64,000 nucleotides of DNA from Planctomycetota bacterium. Its GTDB lineage: Bacteria > Planctomycetota > PLA2 > JAEUHO01. The stretch covers positions 512,001 through 576,000 of the forward strand of contig CBDCTJ010000001.1 in the NCBI GenBank assembly GCA_965222115.1, written 5' to 3'. The notes beneath the pieces were generated by a model that saw only the letters and a program-made list of their open reading frames with translations, ran no database searches and was not told the DNA's origin. The position numbers were made by a program, and so were the translations under genes. This document shows positions 29,260-37,540 of the stretch, piece by piece. Within the stretch, counting starts at the first letter, position 1; each line of letters begins with the position of its first letter.

Positions 29260-29805
29260 TTGAAGGCAGATCCGGCACCGTCGCCCGCACCCGTATTTTC
29301 AGAGACCCAACGATTCCGCCAATGGTGGCTGTGGGCACCGCTACTTGTACTGCTAGCCATCGCCAGCTACCTATTCGTCAAGCAAATCATCTTTGGCGAT
29401 CCCCAGGGCAAGACGCCCGCGCCCAACTGGGTGATCTGGACCATGCTGATCACGTCGGTATTTGGTCTCCTTGCCTTGGCGGTGCCCAAGCTCGTCGTAA
29501 ACGTGCAGTCCGACGGCATCTCCGTCACGTTTGCCCCCCTGCGACAGCGCCTATTCAAATGGGACGAGATCCATCGTTACGAAGCCGTGACCTACCGACC
29601 GCTGCGCGAATACGGGGGCTGGGGCTATCGAATTGCAGGTCGCGGCAACCGCGCGCTGTCCGTATCCGGAAATCAGGGTGTGCGTTTGCACGGGAGACAA
29701 GACAATGCACCGGATGGCCGCCCCTGGCAGTTGCTCATTGGTTCGCAGCGATCGAGTGAACTATTTGCGGCCATTCGCCAGTTTCACTCCACGGCGGCCT
29801 CGTAG
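29260..29805 (+). CDS. DUF6141-like / bacterial PH-domain membrane protein
   Basis: 'FSETQRFRQWWLW', 'YRPLREYGGWGYR', 'VSGNQGV', 'LLIGSQR'; SD GGAGG before TTG 29260. Confidence 0.8.
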   Translation: MKADPAPSPAPVFSETQRFRQWWLWAPLLVLLAIASYLFVKQIIFGDPQGKTPAPNWVIWTMLITSVFGLLALAVPKLVVNVQSDGISVTFAPLRQRLFKWDEIHRYEAVTYRPLREYGGWGYRIAGRGNRALSVSGNQGVRLHGRQDNAPDGRPWQLLIGSQRSSELFAAIRQFHSTAAS

Positions 29806-29933
29806 GGTACACGCCTAAAGTTGGTGATACGTGGTACCGCATGGACATATAGCGAACTTGAGTGAAAGATATGTAACGGGGGATTTTGTCATGAATTCGA
29901 ACGAAATGGGCGCATGGATTAGAATCTGGATCC

Positions 29934-29961
29934 TTGACCTTCCCCATCGCATCCATACGCT
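29934..29961 (+). promoter_or_regulatory. Sigma70-type promoter, probably leaderless
   Basis: TTGACC-16 bp-TACGCT, 7 nt before ATG 29969. Confidence 0.45.
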
Positions 29962-29968
29962 AAATCGC

Positions 29969-31615
29969 ATGCAGGCACATCGATATCGCGGTTGGATTAG
30001 GCAACTGAGCACTTGTCGGACGAGTGATGGGCGGGCGAGCAATTGGCGAATTGGGACGCAGCTCCTTTGCACCGCGATGCTCGTATCGATGTTTGTGTCC
30101 CATGCATATGCGGACGTACCCGACACGCCTCATCGGCCGGCGCCCGGTGCTGTACCACCTATCGTAGAGGATCTCGGTAGTCCCCCCGCAGGTTCAGACG
30201 GATTCTCCGGTACGCCATATCTCCCCCCTGGGTCTCATTCACAGCCGCCGGCCAAGCCGTTGCCAACCAACCCCGTGGCGTCACGAACATTTCCAGCACC
30301 ATCAGCGCCCACGGCGGCACCGCCAGTCACCCGGACGCACCATCGACAGCAAGACTTGGATCGTGAAATCGCCGGTCATCTTCAGCACGGGCTGATTGAT
30401 GTAGTTGATCACGTTTCCAAGATGAGCGTCACGCTGATCAGTCGTTCACGGGGCGTGGGAACGTCGGCGCGGCAACCGATTACCGGTGCGGGCTCCGGCG
30501 TTGTCGTTCGCTATCACGGGGTCCATATTCTTACCAATGCGCACGTCGTCGATGGCGATGACACCATGACGGCCATCATGTACGACGGTCGCGAGTATCG
30601 ACTTTCGGTGCGCGCCACCGACAAAAACCTTGACGTCGCGTTGCTGCGATTTGCCGATGGCGATCCCAACTTCCCCTGGGCGGCCAACTTGTCGGAATAC
30701 CCCAGCATGAGGACGGCCGAAGGCGCATGGGTCATTGCAACCGGCAATCCATTCCTCCTCTCCGAAGAGGGCAAAGCCGCCGCGAGCATCGGTGTAGTCA
30801 GCGGTTTTCGGCGCAACGCCAAGCCACCCCACGGTCGGCTGATTCAACACGACGCGGAAATCAACCCTGGCAGTTCGGGCGGTCCCTTGTGGAACGCCAA
30901 AGGGAAGCTGGTCGGACTCAATGGCGCTATTCTCACACGCGCGCGCGTGATCGGCTCGGGGGGACCATCGTTCACCGGCGCATCGGTAGCCATTCCCGTG
31001 GAGGAGATTCGAACCTTTATCGAACGCGTGACCGGCAATGCGCCCATTCGCACCCGTCCTGTTGTTCATCGTCGCAGGATGATTGCCAACAAAACGCTAC
31101 TGGGTAGCGGCGTGCCCATGGCATCGGGGGCCAATCTCGCGCGTCCTGGCACGCTACCCGCACCCCGCGTGACGACCGTGCCGCGCGCTCAGGGCGACAT
31201 CGGTTCGCCGCCCTACTTGGCGCAACCCCATCAACGAATGCCACACGGTGATGCATCCACCGCGCAACAACCATTGGGCGCTCCGATCCCAGCACAGCCC
31301 TATCGCGGCATTCCCGTTCAGGATGACACGCGGCCCATTGGTCTGAATATGGAAGACTATCTAAATGCCGACGGCGCGCATGATGGCGTCGTGGTCAGGC
31401 ATATTCACGGCAATAGCGTGTTTCGAATGCACCCCTCCTACTTCGAACTGTCTCCCGAGGACGTCATTGTGAGCGTCACCGTCACAGGACAGTCGCACGC
31501 CATTCACTCGATCGCACAGTTGATCCAAGTATTGGACTTGCACGGTCCAACCATGATTGAAGCGATTCAAATTCGCCGCTACGGCGCGCTGCAGTACTTG
31601 ATGCCGAGACAGTAA
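29969..31615 (+). CDS. HtrA/S1C trypsin-like serine protease with intact triad, Pro-rich linkers and degenerate PDZ
   Basis: 'TNAHVV', 'DVALL', 'INPGSSGGPL'; start uncertain. Confidence 0.88.
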   Translation: MQAHRYRGWIRQLSTCRTSDGRASNWRIGTQLLCTAMLVSMFVSHAYADVPDTPHRPAPGAVPPIVEDLGSPPAGSDGFSGTPYLPPGSHSQPPAKPLPTNPVASRTFPAPSAPTAAPPVTRTHHRQQDLDREIAGHLQHGLIDVVDHVSKMSVTLISRSRGVGTSARQPITGAGSGVVVRYHGVHILTNAHVVDGDDTMTAIMYDGREYRLSVRATDKNLDVALLRFADGDPNFPWAANLSEYPSMRTAEGAWVIATGNPFLLSEEGKAAASIGVVSGFRRNAKPPHGRLIQHDAEINPGSSGGPLWNAKGKLVGLNGAILTRARVIGSGGPSFTGASVAIPVEEIRTFIERVTGNAPIRTRPVVHRRRMIANKTLLGSGVPMASGANLARPGTLPAPRVTTVPRAQGDIGSPPYLAQPHQRMPHGDASTAQQPLGAPIPAQPYRGIPVQDDTRPIGLNMEDYLNADGAHDGVVVRHIHGNSVFRMHPSYFELSPEDVIVSVTVTGQSHAIHSIAQLIQVLDLHGPTMIEAIQIRRYGALQYLMPRQ

Positions 31616-31701
31616 GGTCTTGAAAGGCCATAACGTCTTGAAAAGCAACAAGGTCTTGAGAGGCGATAAGGTCTGAAAAACGATAAGGTCTTAAGAACAC
31701 G
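31613..31701. repeat. Tandem array of five ~18-bp units (core AAGGTCTTGA)
   Basis: Units start at 31613, 31631, 31649, 31667 and 31684. Confidence 0.85.
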
Positions 31702-31766
31702 AGAGTTTTGAGATCACGGCTCGTTCGCGTGTAGCTTGGGTCCTACGAATTGTAGGAGGTACGCGC

Positions 31767-33644
31767 ATGCATCTTCGCCACGTGGCCGCCGTCGGTCGCC
31801 TCGTTGTCATCCTGGCCGTGTTTTCTGCAATAGCCGGTGCTCCGGGAACGCGTGCCGAGGCCAAGGGCACAACCACCCAAAAGCACGACCCATTGAGCAG
31901 CTTGCAACGCGAGTTCAAGCGGGCCATCAAGCGCGTCAAAGCCGCTACAGTCATCTGCACGCCCATGGGCGCCCGATCAAAGAAACACGGTTTCAGCTCC
32001 GGCGTTCTCGTAACCCCCAATGGGTATGTGCTTTCGGATGGTGACGCCGGACTCGTCTGGACCGGATCAGGAAAAAACGCGTCCAAGTCATGGCAAAGCG
32101 TCATTCGCGTGCGAGTTCCCAACACGACGGGATCCGGATACAACGACTACACAGCCGACGTGCTCTTTCGCGACGGCAAGGTGGACACAAGCCTTGCGCG
32201 CATTCGAGATGCACGTAGCGATTTTCCGTATGTCACGCCCGGGCATAGCGCGCGTGTCAACGTGGGCACCTTTGCCTTCGCACTTGGCAACAATGACGAC
32301 GTGCATGGAAGTGAGTTACCGTCCCTTACAGTTGGCGTTGTTGCGGGGATGGACCCCACCCAAGGCGATCCGGTCGCCGGACCGCACGAATTCCTCTACA
32401 CAACCGCGGCAGTCAACGCAGGAGTGAATGGCGGGCCACTTATTGACATTCGCGGCCAACTCATCGGCACCATCTCCACGTACGTAGATGCCGACAAGCG
32501 CTTTCAATTTCTTGGCAAAGTCATTCCTATGGATCGCATTCGACACGCCATGCGACATGTTCAGGAGGCCAAGCCGCTCTTTCAAACACTTCGCCGCGCG
32601 ACCGATCCTGCACCGCAGGGGGGGGCTTTGGAACGTGTCCTCAGCCGTGCCGCCACACGCGCCTACGCCGCTACCGTGAGTATCAAGGCCACGCGCACAC
32701 GCAAGGTGTCATCTCGCGTGCCCCTCCACGGCCGAACAATCACCCTTGAGCGATACCACGGACCCTTTACGGGCACCATCGTAGGTACACAGGGGCAGAT
32801 CATTACAAGTCTGTACAACCTCACGAACGTAGCGTCCTACGCCGACCCGCTTTGGAAGTCCTCAAGCGCAGATTCGGCCGAAGCGGGTCTTCGTGACATC
32901 ACCGGGCTAGAAGTCACCATTCCCACTGGCGAAACGTTGCCGGCGAAACTTGTAAGCCACGACCGGCGCATTGGAGTCGCCCTACTCCAGGCGGACCTGC
33001 GCACGGTTCCAAGTGCAGCAGCGACATTTGCTCGCGCGCGACTGCCCGCAACGCGAGGCGACGGGACGCAACGCGGCTCCTTTTGCGTGTGTGTGGGAAA
33101 TCCGTTTGGCGCCAACCGACACGCTCAACCGCTCACTAGCGTCGGCATTCTTTCGAAATTGCACTCCATGGCAACGGCAGCAGCATGGCGAGGCCAATGG
33201 CAAACCGATGCAGCCGGTCTGGACGCCAATGCAGGGGGTCCCGCCGTCGATATCGATGGCAACATCATTGGGATGACTCACTTGTGGACGCCTGCCAAGC
33301 ACGGACGCAACTCCGGCATTTCGTTTGTGGTGCCTTGGAAGCGCATTGCCGCCGCATTGCCCAAACTGCAAGCGGGCTACACCCCGCGCAAGCCGCTACT
33401 TGGCATTACGTTTGCCGCGCGTGTGGAGCCGTACGTGAGTCAGGTTACGCCGGGTGGCGCTGCCGATCGCGGCGGAATGCAATCCGGTGACGTGGTGCTC
33501 GCCATCGACCACGCACCCACGCCAACCGCACGGGACGCGCTCCAACACATTCTCTTCCGCGCCGCCGGCGATCCGATGTTGCTGCGCGTGCGCCGTGGAA
33601 ATCAGGAGCTCCACATCAATGTCACGCTCGGCGAGAAACCATAG
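31767..33644 (+). CDS. Secreted protein with two trypsin-like (S1C) domains lacking catalytic residues, plus PDZ
   Basis: 'SSGVLV..NGYVLS', 'NAGVNGGPL', 'GNPFG', 'DANAGGP', PDZ 'LGI...GGAADRGGMQSGDV'; SD AGGAGGT. Confidence 0.85.
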   Translation: MHLRHVAAVGRLVVILAVFSAIAGAPGTRAEAKGTTTQKHDPLSSLQREFKRAIKRVKAATVICTPMGARSKKHGFSSGVLVTPNGYVLSDGDAGLVWTGSGKNASKSWQSVIRVRVPNTTGSGYNDYTADVLFRDGKVDTSLARIRDARSDFPYVTPGHSARVNVGTFAFALGNNDDVHGSELPSLTVGVVAGMDPTQGDPVAGPHEFLYTTAAVNAGVNGGPLIDIRGQLIGTISTYVDADKRFQFLGKVIPMDRIRHAMRHVQEAKPLFQTLRRATDPAPQGGALERVLSRAATRAYAATVSIKATRTRKVSSRVPLHGRTITLERYHGPFTGTIVGTQGQIITSLYNLTNVASYADPLWKSSSADSAEAGLRDITGLEVTIPTGETLPAKLVSHDRRIGVALLQADLRTVPSAAATFARARLPATRGDGTQRGSFCVCVGNPFGANRHAQPLTSVGILSKLHSMATAAAWRGQWQTDAAGLDANAGGPAVDIDGNIIGMTHLWTPAKHGRNSGISFVVPWKRIAAALPKLQAGYTPRKPLLGITFAARVEPYVSQVTPGGAADRGGMQSGDVVLAIDHAPTPTARDALQHILFRAAGDPMLLRVRRGNQELHINVTLGEKP

Positions 33645-33673
33645 TCGAGGCTAACGAGCCGGATGTAGAGGTG

Positions 33674-33747
33674 TGGGCCCAGTAGGACTCGAACCTACGG
33701 CCAATCGATTATGAGTCGACTGCTCTAACCAACTGAGCTATGGGCCC
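33674..33747 (-). tRNA. tRNA-Ile2 (anticodon CAU, lysidine type); CCA not encoded
   Basis: GGGCCCATAGCTCAGTTGGTTAGAGCAGTCGA-CTCATAA-TCGATTGGCCGTAGGTTCGAGTCCTACTGGGCCCA; cloverleaf resembling ileX-type tRNAs more than Met tRNAs. Confidence 0.92.
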
Positions 33748-34006
33748 CCAGGCGTTGCATGCAACATAGGGCCACGCCGCCGCGGCGTCACTAGGAATGG
33801 GCACCGGTCACGCGTCAATTTTCCAGATGGGCGCTCTCTTAGGGCCATGCCGAATCTGAGGCCATGAGGAGGGCGCCAAATCGAGGCATGAAGCGCCCAA
33901 ACGGCTATTAATTGGAGTTGAGCGCGTCTCGACCGAATACTTGTGCAAACGCGATTCTATCCGGTTTCGGTGGTTGACAGGTGTTTTTTGGGCTATAGTG
34001 GGCCTC

Positions 34007-34097
34007 GGAGTCCGGTAGTTGCTCAATAGCGTAAAACTTTCCTTCTCATTCCACACATTTCCCCTTTTCTCCAGAAAGTTACCTCCGGCTCCATTTT
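34007..34097. ncRNA. Candidate small structured RNA
   Basis: Stems GGAG(T)CCGG/CCGGCTCC and AACTTTC/GAAAGTT enclose a 32-nt pyrimidine-rich loop; followed by ATTTT. Confidence 0.3.
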
Positions 34098-34254
34098 CTA
34101 ATCGTTGGGCAACGAACTAGGCGCATCCGATGGACGTGGTGGCCTCGATGTGCCCTGATTGGCCCGCCCTGAGCGAGCGGCTGCTTGGTTGAGTGAAGGG
34201 GAGTTTCAGAACAGAAAACGAGGCGCGGATATGTCCCGCGCGTAAAACGACACG

Positions 34255-35085
34255 GTGAGTGCCGTTCCTCCCGATTCGCAGGCCAATAAAGACGCCTCAA
34301 CCCATACCAACGTTGATGGTTCTTCCGTAAGCGAGCCGGCGACGGAATACAAGCGTACGCCCTACGGCAACGCACGGAAGGGTTCGAGCATTGTGGCGCG
34401 CAATCTGTGTGCGTCGTATCGACAGGGCGACCTGCGCGTACCCGTTCTTCAAGATGCGGCCTTTGACATTCAGGCGGGGAGCTTCACCGCCATCACCGGG
34501 CAGTCCGGTTCAGGCAAAACGACGTTACTATCGCTACTGGGTGCGTTGGAGCGACCCGACAGCGGGACACTAAACGTATTCGGACATGACTTAACCAACG
34601 CGTCCCGAAGGCAACAGTCCACCTATCGACGCGATCTTGTGGGGTTTGTCTTTCAGTCCTTTCACTTGCTTCCATCGCTCACTGCGCTTGAGAACGTCAT
34701 GGCGGGCTTGGAGCCCCTGCATGTCCGTCACAATGAGCGCGTAGCGCGATCACGCGCGGCCCTTGAAGAAGTCGGTCTCATTGACAAGGCGCAGCGACTG
34801 CCTCACCAGATGTCGGGCGGTGAGCAACAACGGGTTGCGGTTGCCCGCGCCGTCGCCAAGCAACCGACCTTGTTGTTGGCCGACGAACCCACAGGCAACC
34901 TGGACGAAGAGGCCTCCGAGCACGTCATGGCGTGCCTCATGCGCAACGTGCGGCAAGACGATTCCTCGCCCACCTTGATTTTGGTGACACATGATGCGGC
35001 CATCGCTGCACGGGCCGAACGCATCCTGGTTGTGCAGCGGCGCCTTGTACACGATGCGGCGCACGTGGATTTGGCGAGCACCTAA
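34255..35085 (+). CDS. ABC transporter ATP-binding protein (LolD/MacB-like)
   Basis: GQSGSGKT, 'GFVFQSFHL', 'MSGGEQQRVAVARA', 'LLADEPTGNLD', 'VTHD'. Confidence 0.93.
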   Translation: MSAVPPDSQANKDASTHTNVDGSSVSEPATEYKRTPYGNARKGSSIVARNLCASYRQGDLRVPVLQDAAFDIQAGSFTAITGQSGSGKTTLLSLLGALERPDSGTLNVFGHDLTNASRRQQSTYRRDLVGFVFQSFHLLPSLTALENVMAGLEPLHVRHNERVARSRAALEEVGLIDKAQRLPHQMSGGEQQRVAVARAVAKQPTLLLADEPTGNLDEEASEHVMACLMRNVRQDDSSPTLILVTHDAAIAARAERILVVQRRLVHDAAHVDLAST

Positions 35086-35089
35086 GGCC

Positions 35090-37456
35090 GTGGGCCCACT
35101 TCATCGACAGGCATGGCGAACGCTGTTTCGCATGCGATGGACGGTTGTGGGACTCGCGTTGCTGGTCGCCATCGTCACCGTACTTGCCGCGGGCGGTTCG
35201 CGTACGGCGAGCATGCTTCGGCATTCGCGCACACAGTGGTTGCACGATCTGCGCGCGGCAGATGTTGAGATTCGTTTCGATCCCGTAGCGCGCGGCATCG
35301 CCACGTCCATCGTTGACAGCGACATTGAAGCGATCGACGAACGATTAGTGACCATCGGCGTCATGCGCAAAGGATTGTCGTCACGTTGGACGCCCGCCGC
35401 ATTGCAACTCATCCCCTCGAAGGGTGATCGCCCGCGCGTAAATCGTGTCAAGTTGCTTCGCGGGCGGTGCCCGCGCCCCAATGAAGCCGCCGCGGTGGTG
35501 GATCGCAGCATGTGTGCGGCGCTCGACGTGAATGTGGGATCGACGATCACGGTTCGCGCGTCGGGGATTGAGCGCACGGTGCCCGTCGTGGGCGTAGCCC
35601 TATCGTGCGAGCACCTCATCACGCCGATCCATCCGCAGTATTCAATTCCACTACAAGGCACATTGGCGGTTCTGGCGGTTTCCGAAGCCGCACTGGCCGA
35701 CACCGACATCGATACCTATCGCTCCAACTCGTTGGTTATCCGCGTGCGGGAGGGCGCCGATCCGCGAGCCGTTGCCGAGCGACTCCTGAAGCGCCCCGAA
35801 CTGTCGGCCGGCAACATCCTGGTACGTGAAGAGCAACCGAGCTACGCCGTTTCGCAAATGCTGATTCGCGTGTTCGACATTTATATGCCAGCCATCTCGC
35901 TGATCTTGTTGTTGCTTGCAACGTCCATCTTGGCCTTCACGTTGTCGCGCGTCGTACGACAGCAGCGACGATCACTTGGAACGCAGCGGGCCTTGGGCTA
36001 TTCGGCGACAGCCATTGCGCGTGCCTTTCTTCCCTTTGCGCTTGCACCGGTTTTGGCGGGCCTCGCATTGGGCATCTTGATTCATGGCGCGTGCGCCCGG
36101 CACTTCTATCGCGCCTATGCCGATTGCATGGGCTATGTCCCCCTTCGCGATCCAGGGCTTGGGTGGCCCGTGGCTATACTCTCCGGCGGAGCGATCCTCA
36201 TCGCAATCGTTGCGTGCATGTTTACAGCAATGCGCATGGCGCGAATACCACCGGCGCGCCTGCTTCGAGACGACGCCTCGATTCCAGCGGGTGGAACCGA
36301 AGACACACACTTTGCCCGCGTGCGGCGATGGTTGCGAATGCCCTCGTCCGTCATCATGGGCATCGCGCATGTGGTTCGCTACCGTTGGACGTCCCTGGTG
36401 ACCATCGTTGTACTGGCAGGGGTGCTCACGGTCATACTCGCCTTCTTGCTGGTTCACATTACGCATGTCCGCGAAATCGATGCGGGCGTTGCACGCATGG
36501 GCCTTGACGCCACCGTCCAATTTCAAAATCCCGTAGCGCTCGATGAACTCACGACCCACGTCAACCCGTCGTTACTCACGATCGAACCCCAGATCACACG
36601 TGTGGCGCTTCTCACGGCCAAGGGTCAAGCACGGTTTCGCCGCGTCATTGGTGCTACGGCGGGTGCATGGGTCGCCGGCCTGAAGATGGCGGCGGGACAT
36701 CGCATGACGTCGAGCGATGTCGATGTAATCATGATCGATCATTGGATCGCAAACAAACAGGGATTGCAGGTAGGCGACCATGTGGAGTTAGCAGCGGGGA
36801 AGAACGCACCCGACGTTGCGACGTGCGAAGTGATCGGCATCATGGAAGGCGTGAGTCAGGGATTCGCTGTGGTACCGCTGGACGTCATGCAGTCTCTCTT
36901 TTTCTTGCCCGATCTAATCACCGATGCGCAGGTCGCTTCAACGCTTGAAGATCAAGAACTTCAAAAGCGCCTATGGACACTTCCCGACGTGGAGACCGTG
37001 CACACCATGTCGCAGGCGCGCAATGCAGTCTCAAAGAACTTTGAGGGCGGCGAAAAAATCCTCACGACGGCCTTGCTGTTGTCGTTGATTTTGGCGGCCG
37101 TCTACCTTGCCATCATTGCCCTCTTGGATGCAGCCGAGCGAGGGCAGGATCTCGCCGTACTTCGTGCCATTGGATGGCGCCCTAGATCCATGTTGGCCGT
37201 CTGCGTCACAGAAGTCATGGCGCGCGGTTTGGGTGCCGTTGCGTTGGCCTTGCCGCTGGCGCCGTTACTTGCACGGTGGCTCCTAGGGCGCATCGCCGAG
37301 GCAAATCATTACCATATGGAACTCAATCACCCGTGGTGGTTGAGCCTGGCCGTAGTGGGATTGGGCCTCATTGTCATACCCCTTGGCGCACTGCCCGCAT
37401 TTCGGAGCGTGATGCGCGTTTCTCCGGCCCAAGCGCTGCGCAATCCGACCGAGTAG
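35090..37456 (+). CDS. FtsX/MacB-like ABC permease (duplicated)
   Basis: Two FtsX modules: 'VRQQRRSLGTQRALGYS', 'ERGQDLAVLRAIGW', C-terminal 'SPAQALR'. Confidence 0.88.
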   Translation: MGPLHRQAWRTLFRMRWTVVGLALLVAIVTVLAAGGSRTASMLRHSRTQWLHDLRAADVEIRFDPVARGIATSIVDSDIEAIDERLVTIGVMRKGLSSRWTPAALQLIPSKGDRPRVNRVKLLRGRCPRPNEAAAVVDRSMCAALDVNVGSTITVRASGIERTVPVVGVALSCEHLITPIHPQYSIPLQGTLAVLAVSEAALADTDIDTYRSNSLVIRVREGADPRAVAERLLKRPELSAGNILVREEQPSYAVSQMLIRVFDIYMPAISLILLLLATSILAFTLSRVVRQQRRSLGTQRALGYSATAIARAFLPFALAPVLAGLALGILIHGACARHFYRAYADCMGYVPLRDPGLGWPVAILSGGAILIAIVACMFTAMRMARIPPARLLRDDASIPAGGTEDTHFARVRRWLRMPSSVIMGIAHVVRYRWTSLVTIVVLAGVLTVILAFLLVHITHVREIDAGVARMGLDATVQFQNPVALDELTTHVNPSLLTIEPQITRVALLTAKGQARFRRVIGATAGAWVAGLKMAAGHRMTSSDVDVIMIDHWIANKQGLQVGDHVELAAGKNAPDVATCEVIGIMEGVSQGFAVVPLDVMQSLFFLPDLITDAQVASTLEDQELQKRLWTLPDVETVHTMSQARNAVSKNFEGGEKILTTALLLSLILAAVYLAIIALLDAAERGQDLAVLRAIGWRPRSMLAVCVTEVMARGLGAVALALPLAPLLARWLLGRIAEANHYHMELNHPWWLSLAVVGLGLIVIPLGALPAFRSVMRVSPAQALRNPTE

Positions 37457-37540
37457 AAGGTCCTCAGGCGCGCGCGTGATCGGCGCGACGCGCCTATTCG
37501 GCTACCATGCGACCTGCGGTACTGCGAAAGGACGCGATTC

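Noticed and set aside
31613-31701. 18-bp array as a CRISPR array
   Set aside because: Units are contiguous with no unique spacers, and there are no cas genes in the window.
33674-33747. tRNA as a genomic-island attachment site
   Set aside because: No integrase and no duplicated tRNA 3' end was noticed in the window.
33974-33999. TTGACA…TATAGT as a canonical sigma70 promoter
   Set aside because: The spacer is only 14 bp, so it is not listed as a feature unless the T-run is mis-sequenced.
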